Of a DNA stretch of 64,000 nucleotides, positions 9,485-20,900 are shown in pieces. The DNA comes from an uncultured bacterium (GTDB taxonomy: Bacteria; Krumholzibacteriota; Krumholzibacteriia; WVZY01). The stretch is from NCBI GenBank assembly GCA_964464035.1, contig CAYXEN010000006.1, forward strand, positions 649 through 64,648, written 5' to 3'. Both the position numbers and the translations under genes were made by a program. Each line of letters begins with the position of its first letter. The first letter of the stretch is position 1. The notes beneath the pieces are model-generated. The model was not told the DNA's origin. It did no database searches and was given only the letters and a program-made list of their open reading frames with translations.

Positions 9485-11169
9485 TCCATCTCCACGATAT
9501 CTCCGTCTCGCTTCGGGGTGCAACGGGCAAAGCCGAGCGGATCCTCGAAGGGATATCCCTCGATGTTCCCAAGGGGGAATGGCTTGTCGTCGTCGGGCCC
9601 AACGGTTCGGGCAAGACGACGCTGCTAAGGACGATCGCCGGCGTCGTCGAGCCCGCCGCCGGCGAGATCGAGTTCTCTTCGCCCGGGAGCGGGGTGGCGA
9701 GAGGCCCCCGCATCGCTCTCGTTCTCCAGGATCCCGATGACCAACTCGTCGCCGGCTCGGTGAGAAACGAGCTTCTTCTGAGCCTGCCTCCTGCGGCGGG
9801 GGAATCCGATCGGAGCGGTGATGCCTCCGGCGAGGAGACTTCCCGGGATGGCGACCTGCACGAAGCGATAGAGAGGTTCTCGCTCGCGCCCTTGCTCGAT
9901 CGGGATCCGCATCGCCTTTCGGGAGGCGAGAAACAGCGGTTGGTGATGGCGAGCGCATGGCTCTCCCGCCCCGACATATTGTTGCTCGACGAACCGCTTT
10001 CGTCCCTCGATCCCCAAGCTGCCGGGGAGTGCATGGGGTTCGTACGCGAGATGAACCGCACGGGGACCACGGTGGTATGGGCCTCGCCCGGGGGCGACGA
10101 GATCCTCCAGGCGAAAAGGGCGGTTTTCATGCTCGCCGGCCGGATAGAATTCGACGGGGATCTCGATGGGCTTCTGAGTTTCATCGTTCGCAACCGTCAC
10201 GGGATCGGGCTGCCTCGCATCATCGAAGTGGGCGACGGACTCGTGGAGGAACTGGCGGACGAGAGGGAACGGCGCGGAGGGGAAGAGGCGCGGGGAGACG
10301 ATGAGCCCGCGCGTGCGAGCACGCACCGGCGGGCGGCCGTTACCTTCGAGAAAGTCTCCTTCGCCTACGAAAAGAGGTTCCCGGTCATCGAGTCGCTGGA
10401 TCTAGCCGTGGAAACGGGGACCTGCACCGGGGTTGCCGGCGGCACCGGTTCGGGAAAGACTACGCTTCTCGAGTTGGCGTCGGGGATACTCGATCCCGCG
10501 CAGGGGAAAGTGATTCTCGGCGAAGAGACCGGGTCTCGCGAAGAGGGCGGGAAGAGCACGAAGATGTTCTATCTGTTCCAGAGTCCGGAGAGGATGTTTT
10601 TCTCCGAAACGGTCATGGAGGAACTCCTCTTCGGCATCCGGCGCATGGGGATTCCCCCAGGGGAACGTTTCTCCCATGCCGCTCATGCCTTGTCGCTCGT
10701 CGGCCTGGACCTGGATCTTCTCGTCGATCACTCGCCCTTCCGGTTGAGCTTCGGTGAGATGCGGCGCCTCGCGCTCGGCATAGCCGTTTCGTTGCAACCG
10801 CGCATCTTGTTGATGGACGAACCGAGCGCGTGCATGGACCACGAGGGGATGAAAGCTCTCCGCTCGGTCGTCGCTCACGTGCTCACCCGGGGCGGAACCG
10901 TTGTGGTATCGTCCCACGACGTCGATTTTCTCGCCGAAGTGTGCGATCGAATCGTTTTTCTCGAGCGGGGGGGGATCCGTGACGACCTGTCGTTGCCGGG
11001 AAAGACCCTGCCCGCGGGGGTGGAGTGGCCGCGGGGAAGAAAACCTCTCGTTCTTGAGCTCCAGGAACGGATGACCGCGCTCGAAGGTCCCCGTGCGCTC
11101 TCAATCCCCGGTTTCGCCCGGCGGCTCCTCGCATACGCGGAAACCGACGTACCTCGAGGGCGGAGGTGA
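9481..11169 (+). CDS. ECF-type transporter ATPase with two fused ABC domains
   Basis: Two Walker A motifs (GPNGSGKT, GGTGSGKT); LQDPDDQL and FQSPERMFF ECF-type Q-loops; LSGGEKQR and LSFGEMRR signatures. Confidence 0.85.
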   Translation: MIHLHDISVSLRGATGKAERILEGISLDVPKGEWLVVVGPNGSGKTTLLRTIAGVVEPAAGEIEFSSPGSGVARGPRIALVLQDPDDQLVAGSVRNELLLSLPPAAGESDRSGDASGEETSRDGDLHEAIERFSLAPLLDRDPHRLSGGEKQRLVMASAWLSRPDILLLDEPLSSLDPQAAGECMGFVREMNRTGTTVVWASPGGDEILQAKRAVFMLAGRIEFDGDLDGLLSFIVRNRHGIGLPRIIEVGDGLVEELADERERRGGEEARGDDEPARASTHRRAAVTFEKVSFAYEKRFPVIESLDLAVETGTCTGVAGGTGSGKTTLLELASGILDPAQGKVILGEETGSREEGGKSTKMFYLFQSPERMFFSETVMEELLFGIRRMGIPPGERFSHAAHALSLVGLDLDLLVDHSPFRLSFGEMRRLALGIAVSLQPRILLMDEPSACMDHEGMKALRSVVAHVLTRGGTVVVSSHDVDFLAEVCDRIVFLERGGIRDDLSLPGKTLPAGVEWPRGRKPLVLELQERMTALEGPRALSIPGFARRLLAYAETDVPRGRR

Positions 11170-13800
11170 ATACGCCGTCCTCTCGTCGATCGGTGATATC
11201 GCGGAGGGCCCCATGACCTTCCCGCCTTTTTCGGTGCTCACCCACTCCGCAACGTTTCCTCCGAGGTCGTAGATGCCGGTTTTGCCCGCCGGGGCGAACG
11301 ATCCCACTTCCAGAAGGAGAAGCCTGGTTTTTTCCAATTCACCGATCTTCGGCTTCAGCATCTCGTATTCATCTGGTGTCGGGTCGTAGCCCGCCCAGTA
11401 GACCACGTTGTTTTCCTCTCCCGGCCTGCTCTTGACCAGCGAGAGGAGCTCCTTCATCTCGCTTTCCCTGGGGAGGCGGAAGGTTCTTCCCGTTCTCTCC
11501 GAGAGCCATGCGCAGTACGCCTGTGCTTTTTCGAAACTGATGTCGCTTACGGGGAAGTTGCCCGTGCCGGGCTCGAAGTCGTAATCCATGTCGAACGCCT
11601 TGTACTGCGCCCGCGTCACCTCGAATCTTCCCACCCTCACGTTCTTGAAAGGCACGGTTTCCGGCACCAGGATGTGGCCTTGCGCTTCGCCGAAGAAACC
11701 GAGGCTCTTCTTGCTTTTCTCTTTCGCGATGGCGAGCGCCAGGCGGGAACGTTCGTCGAATGCCTCGTTTTTCTCTTCCTGTTCGCCGAACAAGTATCGC
11801 CGGAACCATGCCAATTCCTCTTCGATCTTCCTCCGCTTGTGCGACAGCTTCCTGAAGCCGTGCGTCTCCCCCGGAAAGAGGAGAAACCGCACGGGCGCCT
11901 TGCCTATCTGCTGGAGGGCCCGGAAATGTTCCCATCCCTGCTGCGTCGGCACGTTCGTATCCTCGGTTCCGAACATTATCAGGGTGGGCGTTTTCGTCTT
12001 GTGCATCTTGAAGAGGGGTGATTTCTCGATGTACGTCTTGAGCTTTTTCCAAGGAGGGCCGCCGAAGTACGCATTGTCGAACGCCGCCCCAAACGCGCAG
12101 TTGCCGTAGTCACTCGTCCAGTTGACGTCCCCGGCCCCGGCGCACAGCGCGCGGAAACGGTTCGAGCGAAGACAACATTCGATCGCCAGGATCGATCCGT
12201 TGCTCCAGCCCATGATGCCGAGCTTCTTCCCGTCGGCCAGTCCCATCCTGATCACGTGATCGACCCCCTTGATGATGTCGGGGACTTCGAGCTCGTAGTA
12301 GCGCCCCTTGATCGATTCCATCCATTTCAACCCGTAGTTGCCGCTCCCGTGGTAGTTGACCTTGAGCACGAAGGCTCCCTGGGCGGCGAGAAGATGGGGA
12401 TAGTTCGACCACCTCTCCGTGAAGAAGTTGCGATCCACGCCGGTCGGGCCGCCGTGAATGAGGGCGATGAGAGGGAAGCGCTTTCCCTTCTCGTATTGAG
12501 GCGGATAGTAGAGGATGCCGTCGATCATGTCTCCCCGGGCGCCCCGCCATCTTATTATTTCGGTGCGCGAGAAAGTCTTTTTCTCGAGGCTCTCGTTCAG
12601 CCCGGCCAACCTGAATTCACCGGTGATGCGCCCTCCCTCCAGGCGCGCGCACATGATCTCGGGGAGCGAAGAAGCGTCGGAGGCGAGGTATACGACGAGC
12701 TCGCCGTTTCGGCTCCAGGCCTGCAGGCGGATCGGCTTTCCCGAAGGGGAAGTGAGCGTGTTCTTGGCATAGCGCCTTTGCTCGACCGTGAGCAAAGCCG
12801 GCTCATCCTCCGTGCCCCGCGGGAGAGTGACGAGCAATCCACGCTCGCTTACGAGATACGGGTACCCCAGGCCCTTGTCCCGATCGAGTGGAACTCTCGT
12901 CGATTCGCCGGTGGCGAGGTCGTAGTAGTACAGGTGGTCGACGCTCACGTAAGTATCGTTGGGATCGCTGGCGTAGCTCTTGCGGCAATAGAATCCCTTG
13001 GAATCGAGCGTCCATTTGAAATCGCTCGGGTTGTCGTTCTTGCCGGTGAATATTTCCTTGCGCGATCCGGATCTCAGATCGATGAGGAATTGTTTCGGTG
13101 GAACGCGGTTGTCGTAGCCGTAGTCGATACTCTGGTTCTCCCCGGTCACGACCCACCTGCCGTCCGGCGAGATGCTGAACTCGGTGATCCTTCCCCGGTT
13201 CGTCGTGATCCTCGTCACCTTCTTGCCGTCAAGTACTATTGAGAAGAGACGCACCGGGGCGTAGTGTTCCTGGTCCGCTACGACGACGACGTCGTCCTTG
13301 GCTTGCTTGAGGCTGCGCTCGCGCAGCGTCGAGTCTTCGCGCGCCGAGAAGAGTATCCCGGCGGGGTCGCGCCATGCGAAGCCGTTGACGCCGGTCCGGC
13401 TCGACGTGAGTTTCTCGGGCTCTCCCCCCCTCATGTCGAAAACATAGATCTGGGTCTTGCCCTTGCCGCGACGCAGGAAAGCGAGCTTCGTACCGTCCGG
13501 CGAGAACTTGGGGGAGAAATCGTCGCGCGTTCCTCTGGTGAGCTGGACGGTCGTCGTGTCCTCGAGGTCGGCGAGCATGATGCGGCGTATCGTCTTGTTG
13601 GCTTTCGGGTCCGGCGAGGTCTTCACCCATGCGACGTATCGGCCGTCCCGCGAAATGTCGAACTGGGAGGCCGATTCGAGTTTCAACAGGTCGTCCACGG
13701 TGAAACGATCGCCGGGCGTCCCGGCCGGCAGGTTCCCGGCTGACAAGAAAAGGACGGCGGCCAGCAAGAGTAATCCGTTGCAAAGGGTCTTCCTGCGCAT
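11101..13800 (-). CDS. Secreted S9 prolyl oligopeptidase-family peptidase with C-terminal FGE/SUMF1-like domain
   Basis: Signal peptide; PD40-like propeller repeats; IHGGP, GWSNG, GTEDTNV, ETHG triad; FEVT, RLPRESE, YDLGGNVAEW, VGFR FGE-fold motifs. Confidence 0.85.
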   Translation of the reverse strand: MRRKTLCNGLLLLAAVLFLSAGNLPAGTPGDRFTVDDLLKLESASQFDISRDGRYVAWVKTSPDPKANKTIRRIMLADLEDTTTVQLTRGTRDDFSPKFSPDGTKLAFLRRGKGKTQIYVFDMRGGEPEKLTSSRTGVNGFAWRDPAGILFSAREDSTLRERSLKQAKDDVVVVADQEHYAPVRLFSIVLDGKKVTRITTNRGRITEFSISPDGRWVVTGENQSIDYGYDNRVPPKQFLIDLRSGSRKEIFTGKNDNPSDFKWTLDSKGFYCRKSYASDPNDTYVSVDHLYYYDLATGESTRVPLDRDKGLGYPYLVSERGLLVTLPRGTEDEPALLTVEQRRYAKNTLTSPSGKPIRLQAWSRNGELVVYLASDASSLPEIMCARLEGGRITGEFRLAGLNESLEKKTFSRTEIIRWRGARGDMIDGILYYPPQYEKGKRFPLIALIHGGPTGVDRNFFTERWSNYPHLLAAQGAFVLKVNYHGSGNYGLKWMESIKGRYYELEVPDIIKGVDHVIRMGLADGKKLGIMGWSNGSILAIECCLRSNRFRALCAGAGDVNWTSDYGNCAFGAAFDNAYFGGPPWKKLKTYIEKSPLFKMHKTKTPTLIMFGTEDTNVPTQQGWEHFRALQQIGKAPVRFLLFPGETHGFRKLSHKRRKIEEELAWFRRYLFGEQEEKNEAFDERSRLALAIAKEKSKKSLGFFGEAQGHILVPETVPFKNVRVGRFEVTRAQYKAFDMDYDFEPGTGNFPVSDISFEKAQAYCAWLSERTGRTFRLPRESEMKELLSLVKSRPGEENNVVYWAGYDPTPDEYEMLKPKIGELEKTRLLLLEVGSFAPAGKTGIYDLGGNVAEWVSTEKGGKVMGPSAISPIDERTAYSPPPSRYVGFRVCEEPPGETGD

Positions 13801-14105
13801 CTTCCCTCCTTCATTCGTTAGGATGCCCGTCGTGCGGCTGCCGGAGTCGGGTTCTATGGGTTCGGCGGGGTACGTTTGCTTGCGGTCAGTATACACCAAG
13901 AGGTTGAAAGGCATAAACCGTAAATGCCCCGGTGGCGGGCAAGACGAATGTCGTTGAGATGAGAGGCGGGAAACTGCTAGAATTATACATGCATATCCGT
14001 CGAAACTCCATGACGGGAGACCAGGCCGGTTACGGCGCTTCTTTCTCGGCGGATCGGGGCTGATGAGAGCTCTTGCCGAAATAATCCAGCGAAACGGAGT
14101 GGCAC

Positions 14106-14408
14106 ATGACCGAAACCAGACTTCGAAGCCTGTTCAAAGCGATAAGCTGGCGGGTCTTCGCCACCACCTTGACCGGGACCCTCGTTTTCCTCTTCACCCA
14201 CAAGGTCGCCCTGGCGGTCAGCGTGGGATTACTCGACAGCCTCTTGAAGATCCTGGCCTATTTCCTTCACGAGAGGTTGTGGGCGACAGTGAGGTTCGGC
14301 AGAAAGGCACACCAGCTCGAGGACATCGAGATCAGCGGCAGGATCACGGAGGAGGACAAGGAGATAATAAAACAGAAGCTCAGGGAGCTTGGTTACATCG
14401 ACGATTGA
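14106..14408 (+). CDS. DUF2061-like small membrane protein
   Basis: ETRLRSLFKAISWR...YFLHERLW pattern; two transmembrane helices. Confidence 0.72.
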   Translation: MTETRLRSLFKAISWRVFATTLTGTLVFLFTHKVALAVSVGLLDSLLKILAYFLHERLWATVRFGRKAHQLEDIEISGRITEEDKEIIKQKLRELGYIDD

Positions 14409-14434
14409 AGCGTCGACCGGCGAGCGATGAAACG

Positions 14435-14462
14435 AAAAAAGCCCGGGCCCCCCGGGCTTTTT
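14435..14462. terminator. Bidirectional rho-independent terminator
   Basis: AAAAAGCCCGGG-CCC-CCCGGGCTTTTT between convergent genes. Confidence 0.85.
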
Positions 14463-16027
14463 CATCGTGTTTTGCATTCGCCGTCCACGCGCGCCGGAAG
14501 CCGGTTCGGGGCCGGGTTCGGGTTGAAGTAGACGAGGAAGCTCTGTTTTTCCCCTTCGAAGATCGTTTCACGGGAAGAGACGAGTTTCAGTCCGCCCGGC
14601 AGTCCGTCGAGCTGCCTCTCGATGGAGCCGTGCAGGGGGGACAGGATGTAGATGTAATCGGCGGCGAGGCGTGTATCCGGGTGGCAGCGTCTGCGGTAGG
14701 ACACGAGACCGCCGAAGAAGTAGGCCTCAGGGTACGTGAACGGCATTACTCCCTCGGCGAAAGTCTTTATCCTCGGCCTTCTCGATCGCGGCTCTTGCAA
14801 CGACGCCCAGTGCTTCTTGATGTCGCCGGTCGATTGCTCCAGGACCCGCATGAAACCGGCCGCATAGTCCTCGAGTCCCGTCCGCGTATACTCGACCCGC
14901 GGGGCCAGCCCGTTCAGCGACCTGGTATAGATGTAATGGGCCTGGTACAGCTCGAAGGCGAAACCGAACATCATGAAAAGGAGGAAGAACCTCTTCGCCG
15001 CTTTCCTTCGCCTGAAGGCGCCGCCGTCGAGTGAACGGTAGAGATCCCCCGTCACCAGCGCCAGCGCGGGAACGAAGGGAACGAAGAAACGAAACGAGAA
15101 CATCATGTGTTTCGTTGCCATCGTGAGGCCGTAAGCCAGCGTCGCGATCAGCCCGGCGTGCACCCCCGCGAAGCGCTTGATGTTGCCGATCACCGCTCCC
15201 CGTATTGCATCCGCCCCCCGCGCGAATACGGGGAGGGCCGCCATCAAGGGAATCCAGTATATGTACGTGAGCCAGCGCGCCGTGTAGCGCGCGTTTTTCT
15301 TGAGCCAGTATGCATCGAAGGTCGGCGTCTTTAGGTGAAAGGACGTGGGGAAGATGTCCCCGTAGTAATATAAGGAGAACAGCAACCAAGCCAAGGGCGC
15401 TATGAGTGCGCACGCCGTCGAGACGGCTATCGTTTTGAACTCCCTTGCTTTCACCGCGGCGGCGATACACAGGGGAAGCGTGAAGATCACCGAGTCGAAT
15501 CGAATGACAAAGGCTACGCCGGCCGATGTGCAGGCGAGGATCATCCTGGCCCGCGTGATGGAGGATCGATGATAGATCAAGTGGATCATGAGCGTGACAG
15601 TGAACAGGAGCATCGGGGTTTCCATTCCGCCGATCGTCCATACCGCCATGCACGGGGGCAACAGGATGAGAAAAGCGGACACGAAGCGGGGAAACGCCGA
15701 GTCCCGGAAGAAGCGCAGGATGATGAACAGGGATGCGAGAAAAAGCAACAGTGACAGAACCTTGTAGCTCGCGATGATGTTTCCCGTGGTTTCGAGAAGG
15801 AAAGCTTCGATCAGCGCGTGGAGCGGTGAAGTGATCGCGAGTATCCTTTCCCCGCGATTGAAGACGAGTGAGTCCCCGCCCGCGAAATTGAGTGCGTATC
15901 TCGCAGTGATGTACGCGTCTTCTGCGGTGAATTTCCAGTAGAAGGAGGCGGTGAGCAGAAAGATTCCGACCAGAGCGAGTATCGAAAAGTCCGGCCGGGT
16001 TTTCTTCGCCCGGTCATGGATCTCCAT
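14462..16027 (-). CDS. Polytopic membrane protein, GT-C glycosyltransferase-like
   Basis: EDAYITARYALN...VFNRGER...TSPL first loop, GGMETP, IRFD; many transmembrane helices. Confidence 0.65.
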   Translation of the reverse strand: MEIHDRAKKTRPDFSILALVGIFLLTASFYWKFTAEDAYITARYALNFAGGDSLVFNRGERILAITSPLHALIEAFLLETTGNIIASYKVLSLLLFLASLFIILRFFRDSAFPRFVSAFLILLPPCMAVWTIGGMETPMLLFTVTLMIHLIYHRSSITRARMILACTSAGVAFVIRFDSVIFTLPLCIAAAVKAREFKTIAVSTACALIAPLAWLLFSLYYYGDIFPTSFHLKTPTFDAYWLKKNARYTARWLTYIYWIPLMAALPVFARGADAIRGAVIGNIKRFAGVHAGLIATLAYGLTMATKHMMFSFRFFVPFVPALALVTGDLYRSLDGGAFRRRKAAKRFFLLFMMFGFAFELYQAHYIYTRSLNGLAPRVEYTRTGLEDYAAGFMRVLEQSTGDIKKHWASLQEPRSRRPRIKTFAEGVMPFTYPEAYFFGGLVSYRRRCHPDTRLAADYIYILSPLHGSIERQLDGLPGGLKLVSSRETIFEGEKQSFLVYFNPNPAPNRLPARVDGECKTR

Positions 16028-16241
16028 AGCTGCGTCGGACCTCCTGTCCGATTGGAGTGTCGAAGTTCATCCCCGCGGAATCCGCCGGGGCCGGGGCGTC
16101 CTAGCCCGAGGGAAAAGGGCCCGAACCAGATTACATGAAGCAGCCGGAAGAAAGCAATTCCTAAGGACTTGGGCGACCGGGCCTTTTCTCCGGAGAGCCG
16201 GCCGCGAGCGGTGGGACGCCGCCGCCCCGGGGAAAAAACTG

Positions 16242-16270
16242 TTGACGCGGCATGCGAACGGGTATAGATT
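16242..16270 (+). promoter_or_regulatory. Putative sigma70 promoter for gdhA
   Basis: TTGACG-N17-TAGATT. Confidence 0.6.
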
Positions 16271-16383
16271 TTTCCCCAACCAAATAAGCTGTAAGGAGAT
16301 ATGATTCGAATGGACCTGAAGGTCGGTATCTCCTTTTATTTTTGTCCCTAACGAAATGGTATGGGCCCTTGCGAAAAGGGTGA

Positions 16384-17763
<1,380 letters not shown>

Positions 17764-17920
17764 CACGTGCGGAAGCAGTATCCAGGCACGATTCGATAAA
17801 ACGGAGTGGACTGGTTTCCACTCCGTTTTATATTATGGTGGGGGCCGGCCGGCGTCTCCGCGGGCACCATGGCCGGTCGGCCGAACGAAGCGACACACCG
17901 GTCGCAGTTGCCCCTCTTGC

Positions 17921-20900
17921 TTGGGAGCGGATTTGAAGCTTTTCGACAAGGAAGAATTCGAGCTTGGCTACGGAAGCCGTTTCCAGCGTTTCCAGGACTT
18001 GATGCGCTACCGCGTCCGCGAGATACTCCTCGTCTCCAGCCTCTATGACTCCTTCATCCTTTCCGAGGACGGGCGCCTCTACGAGGAACTCCTCACGGAA
18101 TACATCGGATTGAATCTCACCCACATGCCGGGAATAACGCGGGTTTCGAGCGGGCATGACGCCATCGAAATGGTGAAGGACCTGAAGCGTTTCGATCTCA
18201 TCATCACTACGAGGCGTCTCGAAGACATGCACGCGGTGGCTTTCGCCGAAGGCTTGAGGCGGGAAAAGATAGACATCCCGCTGGTGCTGCTCACGTACGA
18301 CAACCGAGAACTCCAGGAGCTGATGGAGCATCACGACCTCTCGCGATTCGAGAGGGTGTTCATGTGGCAGGGGGACTTCCGGATACTTCTTTCCATAATC
18401 AAGTACATCGAGGACAAGATGAACGTCGACTACGACACCCATCTCGTCGGCGTGCAGTCGATCATCCTCATCGAGGACAATGTCCGCTTCTATTCTTCGT
18501 ACCTCCCCATGATCTATACCGAGGTGATGAAGCACACCCAGCGCCTCATATCGGAAGGCGTGAACCCGGCCCACAAGCTCCTTCGGCAGAGAGCGCGGCC
18601 GAAGATCCTCCTCAGTGACAATTACGAGGAAGCTTGGAATTACTTCCAGAGGTATCACGACAATGTCCTGGGCGTCATATCCGATATCCAGTTCCCCCGC
18701 GGGGGGGTATCGGATCCCGAAGCGGGCTTCGAGTTCGCCAAGAGCGTGAAAGCCATGCATCCGGACATACCCGTGCTCCTCCAGTCACGGGACATCAAGA
18801 ACAAGGAAAGGGCGGAGGCGACGGGAGCTTCTTTCCTGCTCAAGAATTCGCCGATGCTGCTGCACGAGTTGCAGCGGTTCATGAAGGAGAACTTCAGCTT
18901 CGGAGACTTCATCTTCAGGCTTCCGGACGGGACGGAAGTCGGCAGGGCCAAGGACCTCAAGAGCCTGGAGGAACAGCTTCACAGAGTTCCCGTGGAAAGC
19001 CTCATCTACCACGGTGAGCGGAACCATTTCTCGAACTGGCTCAAGGCGAGGACCGAGTTCTGGCTCGCCCACAAGCTAAGGCCGCGCAAGGTGAGCGACT
19101 ACGCCTCCGGGGAAGAATTGAGGAATGAACTCATAAACAGCCTGCACGATCTCCGCGTCGAACAACACCGGGGAATAGTGATGGACTACGACCCGAAGAC
19201 GATGGAAGAAGCCACCAGCGTCGTGCGTATCGGGGGTGGATCCCTGGGCGGCAAGGGAAGGGGAGTAGCTTTCTGCAGCACGTTGATAAACACTTACAGG
19301 ATCCAGAACGAATTCCCCGGGGTCAAGATATCGGTGCCCTCTTCCATAATATTGAGCACGGACGTGTTTCATCGCTTCCTCGACGAAAACAAGCTCCATG
19401 ATTTCGCGATAAGGACCGACGACGACGAGGAGATAACGCGCAGGTTCGTCGAGGCGGAATTGCCGCACGAGGTAGTGCGCTCCCTGAAGCGCTTCATCAA
19501 ATCGTTCCGCTTTCCTCTTTCCGTGCGTTCGTCCAGCCTTCTCGAGGACTCCCAGTTCATCCCATTCGCGGGCGTATACAAGACCTTCATGATCCCCAAC
19601 AATCACAAGGACTACAAGGTGAGGCTCGAGCAACTCCTGAGCGCCGTGAAGAGGGTCTATGCCTCGACTTTCTTCAAACACGCCAAGACCTATTTCAAAC
19701 CCACCCCGTATCGTCTCGAGGAGGAGATGATGGCGGTGATGGTTCAGAAGCTCGTCGGCGTGAGGCACGGTTCTCGATTCTATCCGGATTTTTCCGGGGT
19801 GGCGAGATCGCACAATTTCTACCCCATGCCGCCGATGAAGGCCGCCGACGGGATCGCGTCAGTCGCCCTCGGCCTGGGCAAGACGGTGGTGGAAGGCGGT
19901 CGGACCCTAAGGTTCTGCCCCAGGTATCCCAAGCACGTGCATCAGCTCTCCACGGTGGAGTTCGCGCTCGGATACTCGCAGATGGATTTCTGGGCGTTGG
20001 AACTTCCCCCCGAGGACGCCGCCTTCGATCCTTGCGAGGAATTCGAGCTGGCTAAATTCGGCCTGGACGTGGCCGAGAAAGACGGCGTGCTCGCCGCGCT
20101 GGGCTCGACATACAGCAGGGAGAATCACGCGATATACGACGGGATCTCCAGGAACGGCGTGAGAATAGTGAGCTTCGCACCGATCCTAAAGGGAGACCTC
20201 TTCCCTCTCGCAAGGATTCTGGAGCTGCTTCTCGCCCTGGGCCAGAAAGGAATGAATACGCCGGTGGAGATAGAATTCGCCGTGAACCTCACTGTTCCGC
20301 CCGGGGAACCCAAAGAGTTTCACCTATTGCAGATGCGCCCGATGGTGATCAACGACGAAGTGGAGAAGATCGAGATCGAAGAATCCTTGTCGGGCGAGAT
20401 AATATGCCGCAGCTCATGCGTCCTGGGCAACGGCGTGGTCGACGACATAAGGGACATAGTGATGGTTCATCCCGGGCGGTTCAAGCGCTCCGAGAGCCCC
20501 ATCGCCGCCAAGGAGGTGGGTTTCTTCAACCACAAGCTCGCCGGCGAGGGCAGACCGTACCTGCTCATCGGGGTGGGGAGATGGGGGTCGGCGGATCCCT
20601 GGCTCGGCATACCCGTGACCTGGGACGACATATGGGGAGCGCGCGTCATCGTCGAATGCGGCATGAAGGACCTCAAGGTGACGCCTTCCCAGGGGGCGCA
20701 TTTCTTCCAGAACATCACCGCGGCCAGAATCGGGTATTTCACCATCGATTCGGAAGACAAGGACAGTTACGTCAACTGGAGTTGGCTGGCTTCGCATGGA
20801 TTGGTCGAAGAGAAGAAGTTCACCTGCCATATCAGCCTCGAGGATCCCTTGGTCGTCGTGATGAACGGGCACGACGGCGAGGGCGTGATCTATCTACCGG

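Noticed and set aside
8366-9958. 530-aa minus-strand ORF (also 34475-36067 and similar)
   Set aside because: Arg/Pro-rich antisense shadows of well-supported genes.
10967-10974. G8 tract (and G7 at 18701-18707) as phase-variation sites
   Set aside because: Short, in frame, encode Gly-Gly, and unremarkable at this GC content.
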